From the NCBI RefSeq assembly GCF_964213995.1, contig NW_027591308.1, forward strand, positions 1 through 64,000: DNA of 64,000 nt, in the 5' to 3' direction. The translations under genes were made by a program, and so were the position numbers. The notes under the pieces were generated by a model that was not told the origin of the DNA, did no database searches, and saw only the letters and a program-made list of their open reading frames with translations. Below, piece after piece: positions 37,780 to 49,976 of this stretch; the first letter of the stretch is position 1, and each line of letters opens with the position of its first letter. Origin of the DNA: Mustelus asterias (Eukaryota).

Positions 37780-38236
37780 TTTTTTAGTATGGGACCTCCC
37801 TATGTTTGTCACACTGTGGCTTCCGAAGCAGAGATAAGTTACAGTATCTGTAACTCCGGCGTCTCTCACAGTCAGGGGGCTGAATTGTAATATCTGCCGA
37901 TTGAGGTTGTGATCCTCCCGCATTGATCGGTTTCTCTTGTGGCCATCACTAGATACGAGGGTGATCAGAGTGAAAAACAGCAAAGAAAATCTGTAAATAC
38001 GGAGTATTGTTCAGACCATATGAAATTTCCGCTGAAGCAATTCTCGAGGGAGTTCAGTTTAAACTATGATATGGATGTTATATTCACAAGAGATAACAAG
38101 GAGCCAAAAACCTGCTTCGGGTCCAACTGAGGCGTCTTTCTGTCGAGCTGATGAAAGAAGTTGAGGCTCAGGCTTTATCCGCCCACAATCATTGACATCG
38201 ATTTGCCTGGAACCTGAGATGAAGGACTGAAGCCTG
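37780..38236 (-). pseudogene. Degenerate TCR V-like segment with 23-RSS (heptamer 37812-37818), opposite orientation
   Basis: ..LTVRDAGVTDTVTYLCFGS then CACAGTG + 23 nt + ACTAAAAAA(CC); upstream FR1/FR2-like remnants with stops. Confidence 0.65.
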
Positions 38237-38669
38237 AATAAATAAACCCCACCAGCAACCCCGAACTTCCGGTTACAAATCTAGTCTCACGTGTCTATCT
38301 AAGACACCATTTCGTCCTATCTGAACACTGACTGATCTCAGCTCGGGATGAATCCATTCACTGGCAGGCAGTTCACCTGCTACCTACACCACAGCGCCAC
38401 CGCGGACACAGGGAAACTCAGTGAGAGCATCCTGAGACATGATAGCAAAATATACAGGGTGAAGTTTAAAACGGGTGTCTTCAAATATCCCACTCCCCTT
38501 TTACAGAAAAGACAATGACAAGGCATTTGGGTTGTTTGTGGAATAGTCGTAATAGGTAATTGTGAACCAAACACATTTCATATTTATTTTAATTTTACAA
38601 ACGTGGTTTAAAATTAAATTTTAAGCATTCAGTCGGTCTGATTTGTTTCTGCTTGAGCAGGTTTTTCAG

Positions 38670-38980
38670 ATCTGAGTCATGGAGATTCTGTCACTCAGTC
38701 GCTATCCTCAGAAGTAAAGACGGAAGAAAAAACGTTGAGTTTAAACTGTACCTATGATATTATAATGAGCAACTACGTTTTACCCTGGTCCCGGCAAAAC
38801 ACAAGCACGCAACCTGTGTTTCTATTGAGGAAAAACTCGATATTTGGTGAAGATATAGCAGATTTTGCGAAAAGCCGTTTCTCTGGAGAGCTTCAGACAT
38901 CGAGTAAATTCACCGGTTTGACTATCTCGGGTCTGCAGCTGAATGACGCTGCCGTGTATTACTGCGCTCTCGCTGAGATG
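38670..38980 (+). CDS. TCR V alpha/delta exon, open frame, no recognisable leader (ORF or pseudogene)
   Basis: LSHGDSVTQ..LSLNCTY..WSRQ..RFSGELQTSSKFTGLTISGLQLNDAAVYYCALAE. Confidence 0.88.
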
Positions 38981-39019
38981 CACAGTGATGGAAAGCAGTC
39001 TGACTGCTGGACCAAAACT
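38981..39019 (+). promoter_or_regulatory. 23-bp-spacer recombination signal sequence
   Basis: CACAGTG + 23 nt + ACCAAAACT. Confidence 0.9.
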
Positions 39020-39186
39020 GCCTTTAACTATAGATTGAAACCCTGTCTGCGGCGGGTTGCACAGAACCGCGGGCAGATGCAGCCACAATGTAACTGTCAG
39101 CCATGCAAGAATCTTCATGAACCTGGGATCAGCCTTCATCCAAGTTTCCAGTATCCTGCCACTTCAGTCATTATGTCTCTACGAGA

Positions 39187-39524
39187 GCGGCACGGCAGCA
39201 CAGTGATTAGTTCTGCTACTTCACAGCTCCAGGAACCTGGGTTCGAGTCCCGTCTTGGGTCACTGTCTAGTAGAGTTGCACGTTCTCCTCGTGTCTGCGT
39301 GGGATTTCTCCGGATGCTCCGGTTTCCTCCCACAGTCGAAAGATGTGCGCGTTGATTGGCTCTGCTAAAATTGTCCCTCAGTGTCCTGAGGTACGTAGGT
39401 TAGAGGTACTAGCGGGTAAAGATGTCGGGATATGGGGGTAGGGCCTGGGTGGGATTGTGGTCGGTGAAGACTCGATGGGCCAAATGGCCTCTTTCTGCAC
39501 TGTAGGGTTTCTATGATTTCTATG
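39187..39524 (+). mobile_element. HE1-type SINE, full length
   Basis: GCGGCACGGCAGCACAGTG head to TTTCTATGATTTCTATGA tail. Confidence 0.93.
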
Positions 39525-40362
39525 AGTCTGTAAGATCAGTCAGTGGTGGGTTGGCTGATATTGAAAGGAAACCCCTCGAGCTGGGTTGCTTTCAGCACCT
39601 CGATAGGGGAACGGATACACTCTTCCAGATGGGGTTGCGGGAATGAAATCCTGCTCTGTTAATTAGCAGCTGCAAATTCTGGGTGCTCATAGTAACAAAA
39701 ACATTCCAGCATTAAGGAAGCATTCTGTAGTTCACTGGTCACCGGGGGAATTCTATTCTCAATGTTTATTTTAAAGATCACAGTCACTTCCTTCTGAAAT
39801 CTCTTCATTGTTGATATAGTTTCTCTGAAGCAGCGAAACTCTCATCGGATCATTTAAACCCAGAGAACAAGCCGCGGAAAAAAGGCTTCAAAACCTGATG
39901 GGGATTGAGTTGCTGAATATTAGGCAGACACGGAAACTGAATCAAATGACAATTACGAAACTAAAGAGATCAAATAAATTTAAGAAGATCAGCAATGGTA
40001 CAACTGCGAGTTGAAATTAACAAATACAATTCCTCAAATATTCCTTACCCCTTGTTGAGGTTGTGTTTTGCTCTGATATTTTAGGAAGGCACCTGTGATT
40101 CTCTCGGTGGAGAGTGAATTATTCTTTCTATTTATCGGTGCGAGAGCACCCTCTGAAGGTACCTTACTGGAACCCCAGTGTGGGGTTTGTCCAGGAACCG
40201 CTCTAACTCTGCAGCAGTGTAGGCTCAATGGCACAGAAATACCCAGCGCTGTCGGAGTGAAAAGCCCCGCCTTATTTAAAAGAGCAGTTTTGTTTCATTT
40301 GTGCAAACAGCAGAAAGTCTGGCAAATCTTGAGACGAATCTCCCGCACTGCATCATCACTTT

Positions 40363-40627
40363 TCTGGTAGACTGGATGTACCAGAGCAGAGTTGGTTCAC
40401 GGTAGGTTGCTGACTACCGACCGCCCGGTATTGTGCTCTGTCCTTCCTGAATTGTTGATTCAGAAGGAGCCTGTGACAATGAATCATCGCTATTGGTTCC
40501 GATAACACAAATACAGAGCGTTCCAAAAGTCAGAAATTAAACACAACTCCTGGATAATACACTGGCTGAACAGAGACTCGCCAGACAGGAAGACCATTAT
40601 TACCAGTAAGGAACAAGGGGGACACAT
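40363..40627 (-). pseudogene. TCR V alpha/delta pseudogene (leader 40582-40627, partial V exon about 40363-40499)
   Basis: Leader MCPPCSLLVIMVFLS with GC donor; TNSDDSLSQAPSESTIQEGQSTI..*SATYREPTLLWYIQ; Cys lost, truncated. Confidence 0.72.
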
Positions 40628-41919
40628 GGTAATTCCTTTGGAGTTCGACAGAAAAACACAAGTTATTCTCGATGTGTTGATTCTTCTAATCTGATATAAA
40701 GTGTAACCCAGATCAGAATGTGGCTTCACTTACTCAGAAACTGCTGGTCGAAGTGGCGCACCAATAAATGGGAGTCGGAGAGAATTATTAAGGCTGATTG
40801 CTTCTCTTTCTCTTTCTGACATTGTCAGGGTTTCCGCCTCGCTTTTCTTGTCTCTGTCTCTGTCAGTTGTTCGTTCTGCCGTTCTTTTCGAAGTGCCATG
40901 AAAATGCGGAGTTTAGAAAATCTAACTTGTTGCAGAATTTCATTTTTAAAAATCCCCATAGGAAGTACTCTGTTAATAGTAGCAAAATATTTCTGTATTT
41001 CAGAGATAAGTTTGAAATTACAGCGGTTAGGCAAAATGCTTAATTTAGGGGGAATCAGGGCAACATTAATTCCCTCTGCATGCGGCACAATAACAGTTGC
41101 AAGTGTGTACATTAATCCCCAAATGCAATCTCCAGGCAAAATCTCCCATGGGCAATGGGGAACAAAGTTCGCAGAGAGTGGATGGTGACAAAAGGGCAAA
41201 TGCGCCACCCGACCTCCTGCTGCAAACTTTCATCCCTCATAATATTGTACAATATTCACACTTCAGCAACCGGGTCCCAGGTCCTGCCATCGAGTGACTG
41301 AACCTCTCCTTGACTCACAAAGGCCAGCGCTTGCAGTAAGTGAAGGCCGCCAGCAGATGGTGATATTGTATTATTTTAGTCACAAGACAGTGAAACTCCC
41401 GTTTCAACTCACAGTTAGATTTTCGGAATATCAGCTTGACTGGAATAGTACCGTTCCAACACTACCACCACCATCGCAAAGGAAACTGGCAAAGTGCAAT
41501 AAATGCTTGACTCGGCATCGAAGCCCACACTCGGTAACATCAATTTTTAAATGGTTTATTTTGGGGACATTTGTGGCGTCTCCTCCCCCAGTGGCCCAGA
41601 GTGAGGCGGAATAGCTATTAGTTTCACCCTGTGTGAGCTGACAATTATTTCGAGAGGTTCATGATCAAAAATACCATTCCAAGAAATCTCCTGTCCAAGA
41701 CCAGTTGTATGCGGAGCAAGACAGGCTTGATGTAAAGATATAAAACGCACAGGTGTTTCAATTCTGATAAGTGAGTTATACATATTGGCCCAGAAACGTG
41801 GAGGAGGATTATCATTTTTCATTCTTGAAATGGCGACCATGGGATATTTTAACTTTGCATCAGAGAGCGCGATCTAGATGATGGTTAAGTATCACATCCA
41901 GGGAAGCAGCACCTCGGGT

Positions 41920-42930
41920 AGATTTGATTTGATATATTATTGTCACATATATTAGTTTGCAGTGAAAAGTATTGTTGCTTGCGGTTGTACAGACAAAGCG
42001 TACCGTACATGGACAAGGACAGGAGCGAGTGCAGAATATAATATTAGAGTCACAGCCTGGGTGTCGAGAAAGATCAACTTTGTGCGAGGTTGGTCCATTT
42101 AAAAGTCTGATGGCAGCAGCGAAGGAGCTGTTCTTTAAGTCGGTTCGTACGTGACCTCAGACTTTTGCATCATTTTCCCGACGGAAGAAGTTGGAAGAGA
42201 GAATGTCCGAGGTGCGTGGGGTCCTTAATTATTCTGGCTGCTTTGCCGAGGCAGCGGGAAGTGTAGACAGAGTCAATGGATGGGAGGCTAGTTTGTTTGA
42301 TGGACTGGACTACATTCACGACCCTTTGTAGTTTCTTGGCAGAGCAGGAGCCATACCAAGCTGTGATACAACCAGATAGAATACTCTCTATGGTGTATCT
42401 GTAAAAGTTGGTGAGAGTCGTAGTTGACATGCCAAATGTCCTTAGACTTCTGAGACAGTAGGTGGGCTGTCTTAACTATAGTGTCAGAATCAGGGGATCA
42501 GGGCAGGTTATTGGTAACCTGGACACCTAAAAACTTGGAGCTCTCGACCCTTTCTACTTCTCCCCCGTTGATGTAGACTGGGGCATGTTCTTCCCTACGC
42601 TCCTTGAAGTCGATGACGATCTCCTTCGTTTTGTTGACATTAAGAGAGAGATTATTGTCACGGCACCGGGTCACCAGATTCTCTGTCTCATTCCTGTACT
42701 CTGTCTCATAATTGTTTGAGATCAGATCCACTGCGGTGGTGTCGTCAGAAAATCGATTTGGAAGGGAATTTGGCGACGCAGTCATAGGTGTATAAGGAGT
42801 ATCGTCGGGGGCTGAGAACGCAACTTTGTGGGGCACCGATGTTGAGGATGATCGTGGAGGAGGTGTTGTTGCCTATCCTTACTGATTATGTTCTGCGGGT
42901 CAGGAAGTTCAGGATCCAGTCGCAGAGGGA
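41920..42930 (-). mobile_element. Rex1/Babar-like LINE 3' fragment
   Basis: FSDDTTAVDLISNN, NLSLNVNKTKEIVIDF, FYRYTIESILSGCITAWYG. Confidence 0.85.
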
Positions 42931-43567
42931 GGAGCGCAGGTGGATTATATCCCGCTCACTGAACCTTTGTGTAGTATTTAAACAACATCCGACTGAGTCA
43001 CAAACAAAATTCACACCAACTTTCCAAAACTTTTCAGTGATAAATTCCTCCATTTGATTAAAAAGCCGAGTGTTGTGAATCTGGAAATGAGCACCATGGG
43101 ATTTGTGTTACCCAGTGACTTGTTTCCCATTTTTTTAGTCCTCAGATTTGCAATTCCATTTGTGTTGTACATTGAGGCGAATCTCATTTCAAAATGAGGA
43201 GAAAATATTACATCCATGAACAAACCCTGAAGGAAATGGATCACAATATTTCGATGGAGGTGCAACTGTGAATGGTGTTATCGATGATTGATTGGAAAGG
43301 ATTGGATTCAGGGGCCTCTGGTGGTCAGTTCCCTTCCCTCCCGTTGAATTCCTCTCTGTGATTAGAGACATGGGTTAATTTAACTTGCACGTCCGTAGGG
43401 GAAAGAGATTAACCGCTACACCACAGCAATACTACGGGACCAAAATAAGCAAATAGATTTGTGTAGAATTGTAAGCGATATTGTCATGCTGTCGGTCTGG
43501 AACAGGATTTGCAGAAACAGAATAGTGGACATTGACACCTTAGTTCAGAATCTCTTGTGCCGTGGCA

Positions 43568-43637
43568 GTCTCAGGCAGTTGGTCAGCGCGTTCGGGAATT
43601 AGTTGAAAGGTTGGTGATTCGAGACCACCCAGCGGCG
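43568..43637 (+). pseudogene. tRNA-Asn-derived pseudogene
   Basis: GGTCAGCGCGTTCGG..GAAAGGTTGGTGATTCGAGACCACCCAG matches tRNA-Asn-GTT body. Confidence 0.7.
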
Positions 43638-43659
43638 GAGCTTTTACTTTTTTCTCCGC

Positions 43660-44112
43660 ATCATCGTTCATCAGAGCTGCAGACAAAGATATTTGGACGA
43701 GATTTATACTGTAATGGTGAGGGATATGGGTGTGGGGTGTGTGACAAAGTTGTCACATGTAAAGAAAGAAAAAGTGTATTTAAATGGTGGTGACAATGGC
43801 TAAGACGGTGGCTGTCTATTAAGACATCAGAATGTGTAAATGGCAGGACAAACGAGTGGGGTGGAGGGAGAGGAGGCAACAAGATGGAAAGTGAGTTTTT
43901 AAATAAAAAATGCAAAACATGGAAATTAGAATATATATATATAAGAAGATATAAAATAATAAAAATAAATAAATAAGATAAAATGAAATAAAACAAGATA
44001 AATGGAAATGCAGTAAAGATGGGAGCTGATGTGATTGAACTCAGTGTTAAGTCCGGAGCGCCGTTAGTGCCGAATCGGGAGATCGGGCGATGTTCCTGCA
44101 GTTTGCATTGGA
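43660..44112 (-). mobile_element. Penelope-like element 3' end (degenerate GIY-YIG C-terminus, pyrimidine-rich UTR, CTGATGA hammerhead remnant)
   Basis: Minus-strand QCKLQEHRPISRFGT resembles the PLE C-terminal RKLEEQHLIFRLGT; AGCTCTGATGAA near 43670. Confidence 0.5.
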
Positions 44113-44912
44113 GTGCCTCCTGATACCATTGTTTATTGCCCCTTTTGTCACATTAATGATGATCAAGAGTAGACTGGTGGTAATTGGCGGCGTTGAATTT
44201 GACCTGTGCAAATTGTAGCAATAGCGGTTGCTGCGAGTGTTGTAGCTTAGGAACAGCTTAGCTAAGATTGCGGCAAGTTCTGAAGAGTAACTCTTCAGCA
44301 CCGTTGCCAGAATACTTTTCAGAGCCATCGCATTTGCTCTCTCCAATGTTTTCATGTTTTTTTTCTTGAAATCAAATGGAATAGTGAAGTGTATCTGTTC
44401 CGTTCAGTATCTACCCCACTCTGGCTCTATCTTTCTTTCTCTTTATAGATCTGACTAAATCCTTCCCTCTCTCGGTCTAATTATCCATTCCCCTCATTTG
44501 ATTTTGTTCCTTCTATTCTCTCCCAGACTGGGTGGAACCAAGTTTCTTTGAATTGATTCCTGAAAGGAGGCGGTTGTTGAGTTGGGGGGTGATTTTAGGT
44601 GGCGGAGGAGACTCAATGGTACATGTGACCTAATCTAACTCCGTTGATTCTGTTCATTGCCAATGCAAGCTCTGATAGCAATGACTTCTGCTGTTGTCGT
44701 TGATGGGAAGTCTGAGACACTAAATTTAGGATTAGCGATATTTGCAGAGGGGTGGCATCAAATCGAACCACTGTCCGATTTTCACTTAAATTGCTACAAA
44801 CACATGATTAGCTTCGGTCAAACATGTGATTCATAAAATTCAATGCAGCAGAATGCATCATCATTATTTTTGATTAGACGAACCAGCAGAGAGAATGTGA
44901 AGTGAGCAACTG

Positions 44913-45147
44913 GACAAAAGCAAATTACTGCGGATGCTGGAATCAAAAACCAAAAGAAATAATGCTGGAAAATCTCAGCAGATCTGGCAGCATCTGCAAG
45001 GAGAGAAACGAGCTGACGTTTCGAGTCCAGATGACCCTTTGTCAAAGTTTTGACAAAGCGTCATCTGAACTCGAAACGTCAGCTCTTTTCTCTCCGGACA
45101 GATGCTGCCAGACCCAATGAAGTTTCCAGCATTTTCTCTTTTTGTTA
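44913..45147. mobile_element. Foldback pair of family A hammerhead elements (about 100-bp arms) with 13-bp TSD
   Basis: Arms meet at GTCAAA-GT-TTTGAC (45041-45054); AAGTGAGCAACTG at 44900-44912 and 45148-45160. Confidence 0.8.
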
Positions 45148-45230
45148 AAGTGAGCAACTGACGGGCTTGTCGGACGAGTGAAGTTGCTCTACCAATAAAC
45201 GGGAACTGCTTCAACTGCATGCATCGCTAT

Positions 45231-45304
45231 GTTTCTGTAGTGCAGTGGTTATCATGTTCGTCTCACACGCGGAAAATTCGCCGCTTGGAGACGGGGCAGA
45301 AACG
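45231..45304 (+). pseudogene. tRNA-Val(CAC) pseudogene
   Basis: GTTTCTGTAGTGCAGTGGTTATCATGTTCGTCTCACACGCG..GGGCAGAAAC; B-box disrupted. Confidence 0.85.
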
Positions 45305-46005
45305 TTTCTGAATCGCTTTATTTAAAAACGAATCAGATTTCAGAATTGTTCTCGTTTCTCACGAAACATGAATTGAGCTGTTGATATTTTTACGGCATTT
45401 AAGACGGGAATCACTCAGTAAATAATATAAAAGGAAAGGTCTGCGATAGTGAGCAAGACAGGGTGAATTAACTGACACAAGGAATAACGGACAAGGGCAA
45501 CATTGGTTGGTTCCCATTATTTTTACACTTTGCTGCTTGTCTGGGTGAACTCCTGTTCTCCATTCCTCCGGCAGTATCACCGCTCAAACTGAGTCTCCAT
45601 CCTGCTGTGTTAATCTCTCAGTTACTGCTATCTGAATGAAAACTGCTTGCAATCAGTCGAAGTCAAATAGTTTAGTGTTTCATTCAGTGGGAAGTTTTCT
45701 TGTCATTTAGCCGAGATTTTTATCCAGAAATGAGTGATATTTCTCTCAATGCAAACGGTTACATCTGACAATTACCACCCAGATTTGCCTTGTGGCACCA
45801 TCTCCATCGTCAGCACTTTGCATCCTATCACTGCCCTTCACTATCTGTGTTTGTTCTTGACCTGTTGTCCACGTGACATTTCCAACTCGGAAGCAAACTG
45901 CAAATCTCACTCCACTGATTTTAGCAGAGCTGCTTTGGACCAGGGAGTATTGCTGATTTGTTTATAAAAATCACTAAATCTTAATATATCGATGGCAGTA
46001 TGTAA

Positions 46006-46045
46006 CCCGGAAAGCGCCGAACCCCTAACCACGAGACCACTACGA
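46006..46045 (-). pseudogene. tRNA-Glu(TTC) 5'-half relic
   Basis: Reverse complement GTGGTCTCGTGGTTAGGGGTTCGGCGCTTTC. Confidence 0.55.
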
Positions 46046-46444
46046 TCTCATCTGCCTGATTCTCCCAGAAACTGATTACAGGAATGTGCAACGCCACAAT
46101 TATCCACAGTCACACTGTCCTGCCCGTCTGTTCAGATATGAAATTGTTCATATTTTCATATTGGTGTGACGAAGGCAGAGCTGTGATAAGCTGATGTTGT
46201 TCAGCATTTCTCCCACAATCATGTTTATATCAGTTCAATGCTAACATTGCTCTTTGAATGTGGTGAGCTGCAATGAAATTTAATGCAGTTGCAGGTAGAG
46301 TACACATTTTGACAGGAGGAAAAAGCAAGGGCAATGTGAATATGAATTCCTGAGGGTAATTGACGGGATTGTGGAATGGGACTGATATTTCTCCCTGATG
46401 TTCCAATTGGTACAGGTATTGAACTATCATTTTCAGGGCGTTGT

Positions 46445-46516
46445 CGCCTGCTGGTGTAATGGTGAGCACTCTAGACTTTGAATGCAGCTATCCGAATTCA
46501 AATCTCGGCAGAACCT
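46445..46516 (+). pseudogene. tRNA-Gln(TTG) pseudogene
   Basis: TGGTGTAATGGTGAGCACTCTAGACTTTGAATGCAG..TTCAAATCTCGGCAGAACCT; stem mismatches. Confidence 0.85.
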
Positions 46517-47142
46517 TGCTTTTCCTTTGCCAATGCCGATGATTGATTTGCTGAAGGACATTTCGTTTAATTTTCCCACAAAGTACGAATCGAGAGGACA
46601 ATTTGTCAGCCAGTTCAACAGCTATTACAACGTACATTGCTGAGCCTCTGGCGCCAGATGCCTGCCAAGTTTAGCGTTTTTTTTTCATTTCTTCGCGACT
46701 CTTTAACCCCTCTGTTGAAAGAAAGGAGCAGTTGGTTTCACACAAAAACAATTATTGGCAGTTATTGAGCGTGTGTGTGTATCTGATTTGAGAGAAAGGC
46801 CTAGTGCCTGAGGTCAGAGTGCTTTCGGTTGCATGGTGTAAGTGATAGCATACTGGACTCTCGCATCCAAACTCTTTCTAAACTTGTGACAGATAACTGA
46901 GTGAATGACACCTGTAGATGGACCCCCTGCCCACAATGGCTCCCCTGCCTCTCAACGCTTTTTATTCTTGACCAGTCGTCCTCTGGGGCTGAAGCAATGA
47001 TGCCAAGAGAGTCATTCGGTGCAGGGGGCGCAAGTGTGTTGGAATGTGTTGAAGTTTCCTCAGTGTTTAGATTTGCACTTACTGAGAATTTTAAATAAAA
47101 TGCCAGCAGCAAACTCATCAGCGGCTTCAGCAAAACAATGCA

Positions 47143-47215
47143 AGTCTCTGCCGCTATTTGAACTCGAATCGCTGGATTCAGAGCCCAGAGTACTCAACGT
47201 CACACCACAGATCCC
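47143..47215 (-). pseudogene. tRNA-Gln(CTG) pseudogene
   Basis: Reverse complement ACTCTGGGCTCTGAATCCAGCGATTCGAGTTCAAAT. Confidence 0.8.
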
Positions 47216-47446
47216 AGAACACACCGACCACCCAAATGGTTCCTCGAAGTATTTGACCTCTTCCATTCAACGTGGCAGCAACAGCAAGTGCGACAACAAT
47301 GTGTCGTTATTCGCCACTGTTGATAGGGACGAAGCTCAGAAGACATAGTCCCCCAATCTACAGCCAATCATTTCCTTCACAAGCGCTATCGGAAGGTATC
47401 AGCAGAAATATTTTACATGATGTTTGCAGCTCATTGGTGCGTTCTC

Positions 47447-47518
47447 TGTTCCGTGGTGTAATGGTGCGCACTCTGGCCTTTGAATCTGGCAATGGGAATT
47501 CACGTCTCGGCTGAGCCT
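47447..47518 (+). pseudogene. tRNA-Gln(TTG) pseudogene
   Basis: GTTCCGTGGTGTAATGGTGCGCACTCTGGCCTTTGAATCTGG. Confidence 0.8.
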
Positions 47519-48635
47519 TACTTTCCTTTGCCAATCCTGAAGATAGTTTGCTGAAGGACATTCCGTTTAAGTGTTTCACAAAGTTCGGATCGAGAGGACA
47601 ATTTGTCAGCCAGTTCAACTGCTTTTACAATGCACATTGCTGAGTCTCTGGCGCCAGATGCCTGCAGCATCAGTGATCTTCTATTTCATGATGTGGATTT
47701 ACCGGCGTTGGACTAGGGTGTTTTTATTCACAAACACGACATATGTAGACAGAGACGCAATTGCAAGATAATGGTTGGAGAATTTTGGGAGAAGTGGTTG
47801 GAGACTTTTGGGAGGAAGGCCGAGTGTCCAAGGTCAGAGTGCTGTCGGTACCTGGGGGTCACGCATATCACGCATATCTGGACTCGCGCCGTCCCACGTC
47901 TTGTTTAAATTGGGACAGATGAGTGAGTGAATGTCCCCCGTAGATTCACACCCTGCAGAATATATATTGACTTAGTAACATAGTTTGAAATGATTAATCC
48001 TCATTTTGCTTCATTCCATGTCAAACAGGGTGAAACATGCTTGGATCTTATTATTTAAAACGTCAAACCCTGAACTACTTAAACAGGTCAGGTTCAGTCG
48101 AAGAAGACTGATCCACATTGAACCGACAAAATGTTACTGGAGTTGCTGCAAATCGCACCTCAAAATGGATCATGTCGGCAACACTCAGCAGGTCAAACAG
48201 CATCTATTGAGAGAGAAACAGAATGAATGTTTCGGGTCGCTGACCTTTTATCCAAACTGGGAGAGTTTATAGATTTAATGGGTTACTAACAAATACAAAG
48301 TAAAGGGACATAGGGTGCGAAAGGAGGAACGGTCAAACATCCTTGTGATAGGATGTAAGGCTGGAGTGATTCAATGGCAATGGGGATTGTTGTTTCCACT
48401 GACACAATCTCCCAGATCTGTGTTCAAATTTCGCGCAAAATGAGAACAAACCTTTTTGCTGAATTAAGCACTAAACACTTCGACGTCCAGGGAAGCAAAG
48501 ATAACTTTAACTCAGAAAGCAGTAACTGTAAGATTAACAAAGCGGGCTGGAGAAAGACTCAGTTTGAGCGGTGGCACTGCCGGGGGAATGGAGAGCAGGA
48601 GTTTACTCAGGAATGGGGCAAGTTTAAAATAATAG

Positions 48636-48692
48636 CGCCCAACGTGGGGCTGAAATCGAAAGCGTCACGCCCTACCGACTCAGCTAGCTCAC
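48636..48692 (-). pseudogene. tRNA-Lys(CTT)-derived relic with internal deletion
   Basis: Reverse complement GCTAGCTGAGTCGGTAGGGCGTGA...AGCCCCACGTTGGGCG. Confidence 0.7.
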
Positions 48693-49899
48693 CACATACA
48701 AACCTGCCACTCCACATCCTAAAATGTGTGGAGACCAATAAAGCGTTTCCATCTGGTGTCTCAGCTTGTTCTGATTACGAAGTATACAATCAATCAATCT
48801 ACAGAATCCCTGAGGTTACAATGCATTCCTCTCAATCATAAATATCTTCATTCACATCTTCCACTTCTTAGCTTCACCTACTTCCAAACATTGCTAACTC
48901 CTCTTACATCATTCACCTTAATAATTTTGATCTAAATGCTCCAACCAGGTGGGGAAACAGCGTCTCAGTGTGTCCGAAGTCAGACTGTCTCGCCATTTTC
49001 AGACTTTTTAATCCGATCATCTCTCATTATTCTAATCTAACGAGAAAACAGGCTCATCGCACTGAATCTCTCCTCCCAAGACAACCTCATCATCACGTGA
49101 ATCAATCCAGTAAACCTTGATTGAACATAGACAGCGAGGGAATAGAGGGACCACAGAGCAAAAGAGGGAACATTGATCGATGCACTGATAGAGAGACAGA
49201 GATTGAAAGAGTCTGAGACAGGTAAACAACAACAAAAAGAGACAAAGAGGGACAGAGAGTGGGGCAGACAAGCAGAACGCCATATACACACAACAGCTGT
49301 CTGAATCCAGAAGAATGCAATCCTCTGAATTGGTGAATAATGATTTAGTGAATGTCCGAAATCATAGTCACCTTTTGAAAATGTCTTGATTCTTTGTGAG
49401 TCTGTTGTGCTGACAGAATCCTTGCAGTGTGTGTTCAGGTTCTCAAATCATACCCCATGTAAACCAATCCTGCCATGTGCACGGGAAGTCGACGAAGAAA
49501 ATTCTCGTCTTGTCCAATGCGAAACAACAGCTAAATGACGTCTTATCCAGGATGTGAACAGGGACCTCACGCAAGCTTGCATATTTTAGCACCCAAAGTG
49601 GGAAACATACCTTTGGACCAACAGGCAACCGTGAAAGATGCATGTCAATTAAATATGTTTTCGTTGACATCCCAAGCGGATCACACATCTGCACTGAAAG
49701 ATGATAATGTTGGAAAAATCTCAGGAAGTAATACAGAGTGTGCACAGGGAAACAAAGCTCATCTTTCGCCTCCATGACTTTTCATGAACACTGGGACTGG
49801 TCAGAAAGGTAGGAAGTTGAAGACAAGTGAAATCCAGCAAGGAGCAAACATATCTGAACTGTTAGAATTCAGCCGAAAGACCAAAACTTAAATCGAGTC

Positions 49900-49976
49900 T
49901 GGCAGCGGTGGAATTCGAAATCTCCATAGAAACTGGAGCCTTAATCCACGGCTTTAAACCGCTCGGCCACGCTATC
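49900..49976 (-). pseudogene. tRNA-Leu(AAG) pseudogene
   Basis: Reverse complement GATAGCGTGGCCGAGCGGTTTAAAGCCGTGGATTAAGGCTCCAGT..TTCGAATTCCACCGCTGCCA; deletion before T-loop. Confidence 0.85.

Larger units (their letters stand above)
46440..47955. repeat. Decayed tandem tRNA-Gln array A (about 1-kb unit with three tRNA-Gln-derived modules)
   Basis: Flanks repeat at about 1-kb spacing (GATCGAGAGGACAATTTGTCAGCCAGTTCAAC at about 46590 and 47590). Confidence 0.8.

Noticed and set aside
38670-38980. NAR-TCR supporting V-delta
   Set aside because: No CDR1 cysteine and no NAR V-D-J cassette upstream
43385-43432. Possible tRNA-Val 5' half on minus strand (GTGGTGTAGCGGTTAATC)
   Set aside because: Only an A-box-like stretch; the rest is not alignable
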